A DNA stretch of 34,110 nt, from assembly GCA_043808035.1 (NCBI GenBank), contig JAZDFH010000028.1:1-34110 (forward strand), given 5' to 3'. Below, in pieces: positions 17,573 through 26,326 of this stretch. The translations under genes and the position numbers were made by a program. Under the pieces are notes generated by a model. That model made no database searches. It saw only the letters and a list, made by a program, of their open reading frames with translations, and was not told where the DNA came from. The DNA is from a bacterium (lineage in GTDB: Bacteria > Patescibacteriota > Minisyncoccia > UBA6257 > Colwellbacteraceae). Position 1 is the first letter of the stretch. Each line of letters opens with the position of its first letter.

Positions 17573-18514
17573 TTATTTTCTATTTTCATGCCGTTTGAGT
17601 GCAGTATGAATCATACTATCCAATAGTTCAGGAAAAGTCATTCCATACGAATAAGCAGCCTTCCTCATAATACTGGTTGCCGTCAAATCGGGCAAAGTGT
17701 TTATCTCTAACACATACAACATTCCATCGTCTGTAATAATCATATCCGATCGAGTCATCCCTGATGCAACAATCAGCTTATGTAAAGCAACTGCCGTTGT
17801 CATGACACGTTTTGATTCATCGGTTTTAAGAACCCTATGCTCCGATCCATAAGGAGCATATTTTGCAGAATAATCACAAAATTCATTTGTATTAGAAATA
17901 ATCTCTATCGGCGGTAACGCAAAAATAATACCATCTCCGTTATCCAAAACAGCACATGATACTTCTTTGCCGATAACGAATTGTTGAATAAGAACAGTTC
18001 TACTATACATAAATGCCGTCTCAAGTGCAGCTGATATATCATCATATGAACGAATGACGGTAATTCCTAATGAAGATCCACTATCTGCAGGCTTAATAAT
18101 AACGGGGAACGTAATACCCTCAAACACAGGCCACGTGCTATTCTTATGTACTTCTATGAACCGCGGTATATCAAATCCGTGTGCATAAAAAAGATTTGAT
18201 GATAAAATTTTATGCATACCAAGAGCACTAGAAAGCGCGTCACTGCCAATAAAAGGAATGTTATGTAATTGCAATATATCTTGCACTGTTCCATCTTCTC
18301 CATATGCACCCCGAAGCGCAAGAAAAGCAACCATTTCATTATCAATCAAAGATTGGATAGGCAAAGACCATTCGCCATTTTTATCAACATGGATTGATGT
18401 TACCGAATATCCGTTTTGTTGAAGTGTATTGCAAACTTCCCTCCCACTCGCCATAGAAACGTCATATTCAAATGACGGTCCTCCCATGAAAACTGCTATA
18501 TGTTGTTTACTCAT
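17573..18514 (-). CDS. ddl: D-alanine--D-alanine ligase family protein with atypical active-site residues
   Basis: GG.S.E..VS..SG, GEDG.VQ, KP...GSS.G, DY.AKY, R.D and EINT.P motifs. Confidence 0.88.
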   Translation of the reverse strand: MSKQHIAVFMGGPSFEYDVSMASGREVCNTLQQNGYSVTSIHVDKNGEWSLPIQSLIDNEMVAFLALRGAYGEDGTVQDILQLHNIPFIGSDALSSALGMHKILSSNLFYAHGFDIPRFIEVHKNSTWPVFEGITFPVIIKPADSGSSLGITVIRSYDDISAALETAFMYSRTVLIQQFVIGKEVSCAVLDNGDGIIFALPPIEIISNTNEFCDYSAKYAPYGSEHRVLKTDESKRVMTTAVALHKLIVASGMTRSDMIITDDGMLYVLEINTLPDLTATSIMRKAAYSYGMTFPELLDSMIHTALKRHENRK

Positions 18515-19455
18515 TACTCTAAAGGTAGAGCGGGTCGAGGCAACAAATCGTCCGGTTTATACAAATCAGGATCAATGGTTCTTTGAAAACATACTTCTCC
18601 CCCTTCATGATTCCAACGACTATTACTATCAAATGATTGGTCTGCTTCGGTAGATGGTAAGACAAAAACAGCGCATAGTTCAAAAGAGAGATCTCCTGTG
18701 ATCTTATAAGCATACGGCTCCTTTGTCTCAGGATCTTGTGGGACGGTGAAGTATGACAGACTATTCTCAAGCTCTTTTAAGGATTGAGGTAATACGTCCT
18801 TCTTTTGCCAATAGGTGATAATTTCCGATTCAGCATTGGATAAATCATTCACTCTTTGTCGATCAGCTTCTCTCATTCGTTGCGTCTGCGGACTTCCAAT
18901 AAAGAAAAATCCCCCTATTAATGAAATAGCAAAAACAGTCATCATCCCATATCCGATATATCGTGCCATTAATAATTTTTCCGGCACATCTTGTCGGATA
19001 TCCCATATATAATAGCCAAAAATAGAACCTGCAATAAACAACACCGCTATAACTTTCAATACAAATCGTATTGTTAACTCTCCATCTAAGAAAGTATTAA
19101 AGAGAAATATAATATCTCCAATAATAATAAGAGACGCAACAAACAACGTAAAATATGTCAACCACCGTCTAATCCATAGCATTAATTTTTCGGGATATCT
19201 AACATACTCTCGCTTAAGATATCTCATCGCAACCATATACACAGGGAATGTAATAAAAAACCAAGACAAAGCGCCACGTAAAACACTGTAATAAGAATCA
19301 ATTTGGTACCCACTGCTGTTGAGAATATCAGGGAACGCGATATTAATGATTTGAAACATAAGAACACTCCAACTGATCGCCGCTGCATACAGCATAGCGC
19401 TCGTCAATAGATGAAGAAAAAAATCTCTTGGTGTCGTTTTTGTATGTGTCTCCAT
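18514..19455 (-). CDS. DUF5671-like membrane protein with a C-terminal pilin-head-like domain
   Basis: About five TM segments (PRDFFLHL..., RRWLTYFTLFVA, GELT.RF.LK), then D.QRV.DL...LP.SL.EL...P.DP.T..PY.Y...FELCA.F. Start moved to ATG 19455. Confidence 0.7.
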   Translation of the reverse strand: METHTKTTPRDFFLHLLTSAMLYAAAISWSVLMFQIINIAFPDILNSSGYQIDSYYSVLRGALSWFFITFPVYMVAMRYLKREYVRYPEKLMLWIRRWLTYFTLFVASLIIIGDIIFLFNTFLDGELTIRFVLKVIAVLFIAGSIFGYYIWDIRQDVPEKLLMARYIGYGMMTVFAISLIGGFFFIGSPQTQRMREADRQRVNDLSNAESEIITYWQKKDVLPQSLKELENSLSYFTVPQDPETKEPYAYKITGDLSFELCAVFVLPSTEADQSFDSNSRWNHEGGEVCFQRTIDPDLYKPDDLLPRPALPLE

Positions 19456-19520
19456 GCTTACATGATACCATCCCCCGTACAGAAACAAAGAGAATGCTCT
19501 GTGAGTAAGATTGACAAAAA

Positions 19521-20282
19521 TTATAAACCTGTTGGGATATCAATAAAGCAGACGTCTATAGTAAACTTATTTTTTAATACTTCTCCTAACGCCTTCACCC
19601 CTACTGTTTCAGTGGCATGGTGTCCAGCAAAAAAAACGTTCAAGCGAGCATCTTTCGCAGCATGATAAACTTCTGTCGCATCCCCACTGATGTAGGCGTC
19701 AACTCCTTCACTCAAAGCTTCAAAAAATCCGACATGCCCTCCTCCGCCACTACATACCCCGATCGTACAAATCTTTTCCGGACCAAAAGGAAGGATAGAG
19801 AGCGTCTGTGGAAAAAGTTTCTTCTTTATAAGAAGTGTAAGATTATCCCTTGAAATTGGCCGTACAAACCTACCGATCCACCCAATTGATTTGCCATGAT
19901 AAAAAAATGCATCTTTCTCTTTCCGTGCACCAAGTAATTTTAGTAACTGAGCATTGTTACCGACAATTGGATGCCGATCTAATGGAAGATGCGCCGCGTA
20001 CAAAGATATACCATTATCAGCAAGTATTTTTAAGCGTTCTCCATTCCACCCTCGAAGTGAAGGGTTTACCTTCCCCCAAAATTGTCCATGATGGACGATA
20101 ATCATATCTGCCTTTCTCTTCAACGCCATCTGAAATGTCTCTACGCCAGCATCAACTGCCGTCACAATTGTTTTAATAGTCGGCTTCCCTTCATATTGAA
20201 GACCGTTCCATGAATCATCGGGAATACTTGCAATGTCAAGATATGTATCAAGGAAAGAAACTATTGCATCTCGTGTAATCAT
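19521..20282 (-). CDS. Nif3-like dinuclear metal-centre protein (YbgI/DUF34)
   Basis: NGLQ.EG, VHHG, HLPLD.H...GNN and AGH.ATE motifs. Confidence 0.92.
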   Translation of the reverse strand: MITRDAIVSFLDTYLDIASIPDDSWNGLQYEGKPTIKTIVTAVDAGVETFQMALKRKADMIIVHHGQFWGKVNPSLRGWNGERLKILADNGISLYAAHLPLDRHPIVGNNAQLLKLLGARKEKDAFFYHGKSIGWIGRFVRPISRDNLTLLIKKKLFPQTLSILPFGPEKICTIGVCSGGGGHVGFFEALSEGVDAYISGDATEVYHAAKDARLNVFFAGHHATETVGVKALGEVLKNKFTIDVCFIDIPTGL

Positions 20283-20294
20283 AATGAATCCTTT

Positions 20295-21083
20295 TTATTC
20301 AGAAAACCTTTTAGCAATTTTCCGCGCGATTTCTCTCGGTGTTACTCGTACCAATTTCGCTAAAACTTTTGCACGAAACCCCGGGATAACTACCCTTTTT
20401 CCTTGCATAAGACCTTTATAACCAATATAAGCAATCGTTTTAACATCCAATTTCGCATCCTGCATAATTTTCACCTCTTCGCCTTCTCCTTCTTTCTCTA
20501 AATCAGAAATAGTAAAACCAGGACATAATGCCGTCACCGAAACACCTGTCCCTTGCAATTCCTCTGCAAGAGCTTCTGAAAAAGAGAGGACGTATGCTTT
20601 CGTCGCATAGTACACTGCAATAAACGGTACCGGCCGAAATGCTGCGGTTGAAGAAATATTCAAAATTTTTCCATCCCCTCGCGCAAGCATTTCAGGTAAG
20701 AAAAGCTTTGTTAGATGCGTTAAGGCACCAATATTCAATTGAAGCATTTTCCGTTCAGTCTCAAAGTCAGTCTTAAAAAAGAATCCATAGGTAGCAATAC
20801 CAGCATTATTAACCAACACATCAATACCAACTGATTCGTTTTGTAACTCAGTAAAAATTTCCTTAGCGCTTTCAGGGCATGAAAGATCTTTGATAATCGT
20901 TTTAACAGATATATCAAATTCTTTTTCAAAATACTTTTGCACTTCAGTGAGTTTTTGCTCATCATGAGCTACCAAAACCAAATCATACCCATCAGCGGCA
21001 AAACGACAAGCAAGTTCGTATCCTACGCCTGTAGACGAACCAGTAATAAGTGCTGTCTTTCTCGTATGTCCGTGTCCTCTCAT
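20295..21083 (-). CDS. Short-chain dehydrogenase/reductase
   Basis: TGSSTGVG, NNAG, N.SS, Y.ATK and CPG motifs. Confidence 0.92.
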   Translation of the reverse strand: MRGHGHTRKTALITGSSTGVGYELACRFAADGYDLVLVAHDEQKLTEVQKYFEKEFDISVKTIIKDLSCPESAKEIFTELQNESVGIDVLVNNAGIATYGFFFKTDFETERKMLQLNIGALTHLTKLFLPEMLARGDGKILNISSTAAFRPVPFIAVYYATKAYVLSFSEALAEELQGTGVSVTALCPGFTISDLEKEGEGEEVKIMQDAKLDVKTIAYIGYKGLMQGKRVVIPGFRAKVLAKLVRVTPREIARKIAKRFSE

Positions 21084-21135
21084 ACTTTATAGTAATTTAT
21101 ATAACTATACTAAATTTTTAAAACTCTCACCAGCC

Positions 21136-21168
21136 AAAGAAAATCCGGCGCATACTTAACGCCGGATT
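21136..21168 (-). terminator. Intrinsic terminator after the MFS gene
   Basis: AATCCGGCG/CGCCGGATT 9-bp stem followed by TTCTTT on the minus strand. Confidence 0.7.
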
Positions 21169-21174
21169 AATAGC

Positions 21175-22357
21175 CTAAAAGACTCTTCTAAAGGTTACAA
21201 GGAACACTATTCCTCCTACTCCCATCATCACCCCAATTATCTGTAACACAACAGGGAGACTTGTTGCGGCAAGAACAATACCAAACACCCATAACCCGAT
21301 AGAACCCGCAAACTGTCGAGCGGCAGACTGCACAGAGAGTACTGTTGCCCTCTGTTCGGAACCTACATTACGATGCATGAAATAATCGAAAAAAGGTTTT
21401 TCATATCCTCTAATAACACTATGAAATAGTGTTGCTAAAACAACAGGCGTTGCAACAATCCTCCCCATCAAAAAGATAGGTAACGCAATAAAAATTACCA
21501 TACAAAAGAATGATAATCCTTCGCCAAATTTTTCTTCTATTTCATGTGCCCATCGACTTGTCGCCCATGAAATTACATTCATGGAGAAAAATAAGACACC
21601 ATACCACCGCACATCCAATGAAACTAGCTCATAATATAGGTTATACGTAAAAAAACCATACTTTCGACACACCCGATATGAGCATCATAAATGCTATCGC
21701 CCATACAAGTTTGTCACTCTTCCATACAAATGTAACACTGTCCTTTATAAGACGAAGTTGGTCTTTTATGACATACGTCCCCCGTCCATTGGGTTCTTTC
21801 ATACCTATTGTTGCAATCAAGGCAACAACCATTACAGGTAATGATAATGCTATTGGCAGCCGCGGATTTATCTTGTACAAAAATCCTGAAGCAAACGATC
21901 CTATCGCAGTAACCAGTAAGTGTCCTGAGAATGCTTTGCCCATTACCTTTTTAAAATGACTCTCTTCTTTTATCTTTTTCATTGATTCGAATAACAATGA
22001 CGTATCGGCACTGGATATCAATACAGCGCCAACACTCCATACAATATTAGACATCCATACAGTAAATGGATTATACATACATAAAAAAAAGATAAGTCCG
22101 ATGATGCTCAAAGAATATCCTATGACTATTGTTTTTTTCATTCCTATCAAATCTGCCAAAGCTCCTGTCGGAATTTCCAAAAACACTAACCCCAGAACAA
22201 CTATCGCTTCCATAACATAAATTGCAGCGAACTCCATATGACCGACATGATGAACGTAGGATATCAAAATCGGTGCCCAAAATAATGGATCGCGACATAC
22301 TAAAAAGATGTGGAAAAGCAAAATATTGCGACGCATCGCAGTAGTGTTATGTGTCAT
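21175..22357 (-). pseudogene. MFS transporter split by a +1 frameshift in a T7 run (21649-21655)
   Basis: The N-half has EIPTGALADLIG.KK (MFS motif A-like) and the C-half has EQRATVLS. Removing one T joins ...SKVWFF|TYNLYYELV into a single 393-aa frame. AGGAGG SD lies before ATG 22357. Confidence 0.8.
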
Positions 22358-22402
22358 ATAATTTTTCCCTCCTGTCAAAATTATTAAAGATCACGCTCAA
22401 AC

Positions 22403-22428
22403 AAAAAAATCGGCTTTTGTCGAGCCAA
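22403..22428 (-). terminator. Attenuator-type terminator in the MFS 5' leader
   Basis: UUGGCU-cgacaaa-AGCCGA stem-loop followed by U7, upstream of the MFS SD. Confidence 0.55.
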
Positions 22429-22459
22429 AAGTGTTCTTAAAAAATGTGTTTTTGAACAA

Positions 22460-22573
22460 TTATAAGTGTTTCCAAAAGCAATCGCGGCTCAACAAAAAAC
22501 ATACCTCTCCTGGGATGGTGCAATATAAAAACCACATGCTCTGTTTTTTATTGTCGCAATTTTCTATTTCCAT
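22460..22573 (-). CDS. Candidate 37-aa leader peptide
   Basis: MEIENCDNKKQSMWFLYCTIPGEVCFLLSRDCFWKHL*. It starts 7 nt after a -10 box and covers the antiterminator 5' arm. Confidence 0.45.
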   Translation of the reverse strand: MEIENCDNKKQSMWFLYCTIPGEVCFLLSRDCFWKHL

Positions 22574-22580
22574 AATTCTA

Positions 22581-22609
22581 TGTATAGAATAATTTTACTA
22601 AACAGTCAA
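22581..22609 (-). promoter_or_regulatory. Sigma70-type promoter for the leader-MFS transcript
   Basis: TTGACT (22604-22609), 17-nt spacer, TATACA (22581-22586). Confidence 0.55.
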
Positions 22610-22649
22610 CCAACAATTTTAAACGATTCCAAACAATTTCACGCTATTA

Positions 22650-22687
22650 AAAGGAAAAGGAGAATGGTACGTTGACACATCCTCCTT
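22650..22687 (-). terminator. Terminator after the 22718-23050 ORF, possibly bidirectional
   Basis: AAGGAGGATG/CATTCTCCTT stem followed by TTCCTTTT, with a T-rich tail on the plus strand too. Confidence 0.45.
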
Positions 22688-22717
22688 ATTTTTTCTCGTT
22701 CTTAACGAGAGATTATC

Positions 22718-23050
22718 TTATCTATAGTTCGCGCCGCGGTTATCGTTTTGCTGATGCTGATTATTGCTTCCGCTCTTAGAAAAAAGAATCCAAGCGGTGT
22801 AAACAACAAGAGTAACATAGAAAGTCAAAAAGATTTTAAACATCCTGTATACTGGGTATATTTCTAAACTAGAAAATATACCATAATTTTCTAATCCCCT
22901 TCCGATTAGAATACCAGTCAGTAAAACAAGAACAGTCTTGTTCTCTTCAGCAGCGAAAAACGCTAACACCTTGCGACCCATAGATTGTATGAATCTTTTC
23001 ATAGGTGTTTTAGAAGTTAATAATACACACAGTGGTTTAGATGTATGCAC
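22718..23050 (-). CDS. Small hypothetical membrane protein (start uncertain)
   Basis: Two hydrophobic segments, flanked by hairpins. No recognisable family. Confidence 0.5.
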   Translation of the reverse strand: MHTSKPLCVLLTSKTPMKRFIQSMGRKVLAFFAAEENKTVLVLLTGILIGRGLENYGIFSSLEIYPVYRMFKIFLTFYVTLVVYTAWILFSKSGSNNQHQQNDNRGANYR

Positions 23051-23073
23051 TACAACCTCTTAATTAATTGATT

Positions 23074-23118
23074 AAGAAAGAACTATAACTCTTTTTATGC
23101 TAAAAAAGAGTTATAGTT
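23074..23118 (-). terminator. 16-bp AT-rich inverted repeat, likely terminator of the hydrolase gene
   Basis: AACTATAACTCTTTTT-N6-AAAAAGAGTTATAGTT followed by CTTTCTT on the minus strand. Confidence 0.5.
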
Positions 23119-23143
23119 TTTATACCACAAATTAAATAATTAG

Positions 23144-23815
23144 TCAATACCCTTGAACAAATTGTTCTACTACTTCAACTAACCGCGGTTGTTCCTTTGT
23201 TTCAAACATATGAGTTCCATGTCCTCCCTGCTCATAAATAACAAGCTTCTTTTCTATCCCTTCAGGTATTGCAGCAAAAATTGCTCTGTTTTCATCGGCA
23301 TTTTTCTCCATCTCTGACTGAACTGTATCATCTTCACTCGAGACAAGACATATCCGTTGATCTGTATTTAATTTTTGAATAATTGGCATGACAGCAACCC
23401 CTCGATAATTAAGTCCTGCTGAAAGCAAGATAGCTATTCTTAGCTCTGAATGTTCGGTGATATATTGTAATACTAAATTTGCACCGATTGATGCCCCTAT
23501 AAGTATAATGTTTCTTTCACGCACACCTTGTAATTTGCAATACGCAACCGCCGCATCGATATCATTAATACTTGCTTGATGTTCTTTGTCATCAAAAGAG
23601 TGATATCCTTCCGGACCGCCATCCGATTCCCCGTGCCCACGTAAATCTATCGCAAGACCTGCAATGCCTTTTTCTTGTAAACACGTAGCAAGCGAACGCC
23701 ACGACCCTCTTGTAGATGGCATCATATGCACATATATCACCCATTCTTTCGTTTCAGATACAGTATAAACATCAGCTGCAATCTTTTTATGATCAACGGT
23801 GGTAAGAGTAATCAT
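23144..23815 (-). CDS. Alpha/beta-fold hydrolase
   Basis: DLRGHGES, nucleophile elbow GASIG, and the C-terminal GHG motif. Confidence 0.88.
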   Translation of the reverse strand: MITLTTVDHKKIAADVYTVSETKEWVIYVHMMPSTRGSWRSLATCLQEKGIAGLAIDLRGHGESDGGPEGYHSFDDKEHQASINDIDAAVAYCKLQGVRERNIILIGASIGANLVLQYITEHSELRIAILLSAGLNYRGVAVMPIIQKLNTDQRICLVSSEDDTVQSEMEKNADENRAIFAAIPEGIEKKLVIYEQGGHGTHMFETKEQPRLVEVVEQFVQGY

Positions 23816-23909
23816 ATATAGGGGAAACTCAATGAAAACATAACGATAATTGCAAAAACGATAATAAGTATTTTCCCAATATTTTTAAGACGTTTTTTAG
23901 TTTTTTTAT

Positions 23910-24674
23910 TCATAGTTTTTCTAATTGTGCTGTTTTTTCTATTATTTTACGAAACTCTCCAAGTTTTAAGCTCGCACCCCCGACAAGAGCGCCGCCAATA
24001 CATTCGTGAAATAAAAATTGTTCAATATTCAAACTATTAACAGAACCTCCATACAGCGTCAAAATATCATTCGATAATCCAAGCGTAACAAGTACTTCCT
24101 TGATATACAGTATCATTTCAACAGCATCTTCCGGAGTATCGGAATTTTCATTTCCAATCGCCCATACCGGTTCGTACGCAACGATAAGCTTATGTTGCTG
24201 CTTCATCTCCGTGATGCCAGAAAGACTCGATATCAGTTGCTTTTTGACAAATCCCTTGATCCATCGTTCTGTCTTCCCTCGTCTCATCGGCTCACCAACA
24301 CACAATACAGGAGCCATGTCTGCATGTAAAACTGCTCTTATCTTTCTATTACACATTGCATCCGTTTCTGTAAAATAATTCCGTCGTTCCGAATGTCCAA
24401 TAATAACATATGTAACCCCCATTGCCCTTAGTTGCCGCCATGAAATCGCCCCTGTATATGCTCCAACATCCTCCCAGAAAACATCTTGTGCTGCAAGAGC
24501 AACCCCCTCCATTACTTCCTTGACTGCCCAAAGAAAAATATTCGGTGGAGCAACCGCAACAATAGGTGGATGATCCGTACGAAAAACAACACCATCAACA
24601 CCCTCTGCAAGCTTGATAGCGGCTTGTATCGTAGACGGATTACTTTTCCAATTACCTAATATAATTTTATCCAT
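23910..24674 (-). CDS. tpiA: Triosephosphate isomerase
   Basis: GNWK, GAYTG, IGHSERR, AYEPVWAIG, YGGSV and LVGGASL motifs. Confidence 0.95.
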   Translation of the reverse strand: MDKIILGNWKSNPSTIQAAIKLAEGVDGVVFRTDHPPIVAVAPPNIFLWAVKEVMEGVALAAQDVFWEDVGAYTGAISWRQLRAMGVTYVIIGHSERRNYFTETDAMCNRKIRAVLHADMAPVLCVGEPMRRGKTERWIKGFVKKQLISSLSGITEMKQQHKLIVAYEPVWAIGNENSDTPEDAVEMILYIKEVLVTLGLSNDILTLYGGSVNSLNIEQFLFHECIGGALVGGASLKLGEFRKIIEKTAQLEKL

Positions 24675-25296
24675 TAATAATACCTTTCTTATTTTTACGA
24701 TAATACACTAAAGTCACACCTATTACCACTAGAATCATCACAATACTCACAATATTAAATTGATAAATATATGGTTTTAATAAGTCTAATCTCTGCCACA
24801 ATACCATACCCACGTATACGAAAGTCATTGACCACAACAACGAGCCGATGAATGTTAATACAGAGAATAATTCAACCCTCACACGTGCCATTCCAAGAGG
24901 AAAAGAAATAAATGATCTCACAAATGGGATAAAACGCGTTACAAAAGCTGCCCATAATCCAATTTTACGAAACCATTTCTCCGCACGTAAAATATCTTTT
25001 TTACTCACAATAAGGAAATGAGATAAAAATGACATTGCTTGTTCTCCAAACCGATATGCAATACCGTAACTAACCAACGCACCCGTAAGATTACCCATTG
25101 TTCCCACAAATACCACCGGCCAAAAAAGGAATCTACCAGTTGCAACAAAAAATCCACACAAAACCATAATAACTGCCGCTGAGATAGGAATATTCGCACT
25201 TTCAAAAAACATCAAAACAAAAACCCCTACATAACCCCATGAGTCAATCAGGTGTAATACAAATGATGATAAAGCCGAGAATATATGTTCTATCAT
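24667..25296 (-). CDS. DedA family membrane protein
   Basis: GY.GVF.LM..ES..IP, G..G....Y, RFIPFVRSFISFP.G..R motifs. Confidence 0.9.
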   Translation of the reverse strand: MIEHIFSALSSFVLHLIDSWGYVGVFVLMFFESANIPISAAVIMVLCGFFVATGRFLFWPVVFVGTMGNLTGALVSYGIAYRFGEQAMSFLSHFLIVSKKDILRAEKWFRKIGLWAAFVTRFIPFVRSFISFPLGMARVRVELFSVLTFIGSLLWSMTFVYVGMVLWQRLDLLKPYIYQFNIVSIVMILVVIGVTLVYYRKNKKGIING

Positions 25297-25297
25297 A

Positions 25298-26308
25298 TCA
25301 ATTCAACAACTGTCCTTCGTTCATAGACCGTAGAAATGCAGCTGCAACGTCAGGGTCAATCGTATTAATTTCTATGCCTGTGCTTAATTCGAATCCTGCT
25401 GAAATATTTAATTTAGGCTGCATCTCAATATGCCAATGATAATGGTGATATCGTTCTTTGTGGCGAATCGGTGAGGTGTGGAGAAAAAAATTGTAATGTG
25501 GTTGCTTTAATCCTTGTTCAAGTCTCTGTAATGCCTCGTGTAATACTTCCACGACACCATTCAAAACCTCATCGCTCGTATCTTCAAAATAAGCGGCATG
25601 AGCCTTAGGGAAGACTCTCAACTCGAAAGGCTCTCTCGATACAAACGGAGCTAATGCAATAGCGTATTCGTTCTCATAAATAATACGTTTGCCGTATTCG
25701 CGTTCCCATTGCAACATTAAGCAATGGACACACTCATTATTTTCTTTAAAATATCGCTGTGATCCATCCAACGAATGTTGCACATCCGGCGGTATAACAG
25801 GGATAGCGATGATCTGATAATGCGGATGATATAAAGATGCACCTGCTTTTGGCCCCCAATTATGAAAGATGGAGACATACGATATATAATCATCCGCTGC
25901 CAACATATGGTATCGCTCACGAAACGCTTTAAACAAATCACATGCATCTGCTAAAGACAATTTTGGAAAATTCGTATCGTGATCTTTTGTGATAACGACA
26001 TCATGGTAACCATAGCCCGGAACAATAAAGTAAGGACCTTGCCTCATTAAAGCTGCACGACCATCATTTCTACTAACCGCAGGATATTTATTAGCTATAA
26101 TTTGAACATTCCATTCATCACCTTTCTCATAAAATAAAATCGGTTCAACAAACTTTTGAGGGGCACAAAATGGACACGTTGCAGGGTCTGACCGTTTTAT
26201 CTCAATCTGTTCGGCAAGTTCTTCAGGACGTTTCCCTCGTTTTGGCGCAACTAGAATCCAATCGCCCGATACAATGTCTTGACGTAATTCAGGATATTGT
26301 TCTTCCAT
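25298..26308 (-). CDS. galT: Galactose-1-phosphate uridylyltransferase (GalT-like)
   Basis: ELRQD...G.W...AP.R..RP, CPFC, NKYPA, GASL.HPH.Q, and HWHIE motifs. Confidence 0.9.
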   Translation of the reverse strand: MEEQYPELRQDIVSGDWILVAPKRGKRPEELAEQIEIKRSDPATCPFCAPQKFVEPILFYEKGDEWNVQIIANKYPAVSRNDGRAALMRQGPYFIVPGYGYHDVVITKDHDTNFPKLSLADACDLFKAFRERYHMLAADDYISYVSIFHNWGPKAGASLYHPHYQIIAIPVIPPDVQHSLDGSQRYFKENNECVHCLMLQWEREYGKRIIYENEYAIALAPFVSREPFELRVFPKAHAAYFEDTSDEVLNGVVEVLHEALQRLEQGLKQPHYNFFLHTSPIRHKERYHHYHWHIEMQPKLNISAGFELSTGIEINTIDPDVAAAFLRSMNEGQLLN

Positions 26309-26326
26309 ATGTTTATAATTATACCG

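Noticed and set aside
22438-22503. Alternative leader ORF MFFVEPRLLLETLIIVQKHIF after GGAGAGGT
   Set aside because: The SD-like sequence abuts the ATG with no spacer, and the 37-codon ORF fits the promoter better. Not fully excluded.
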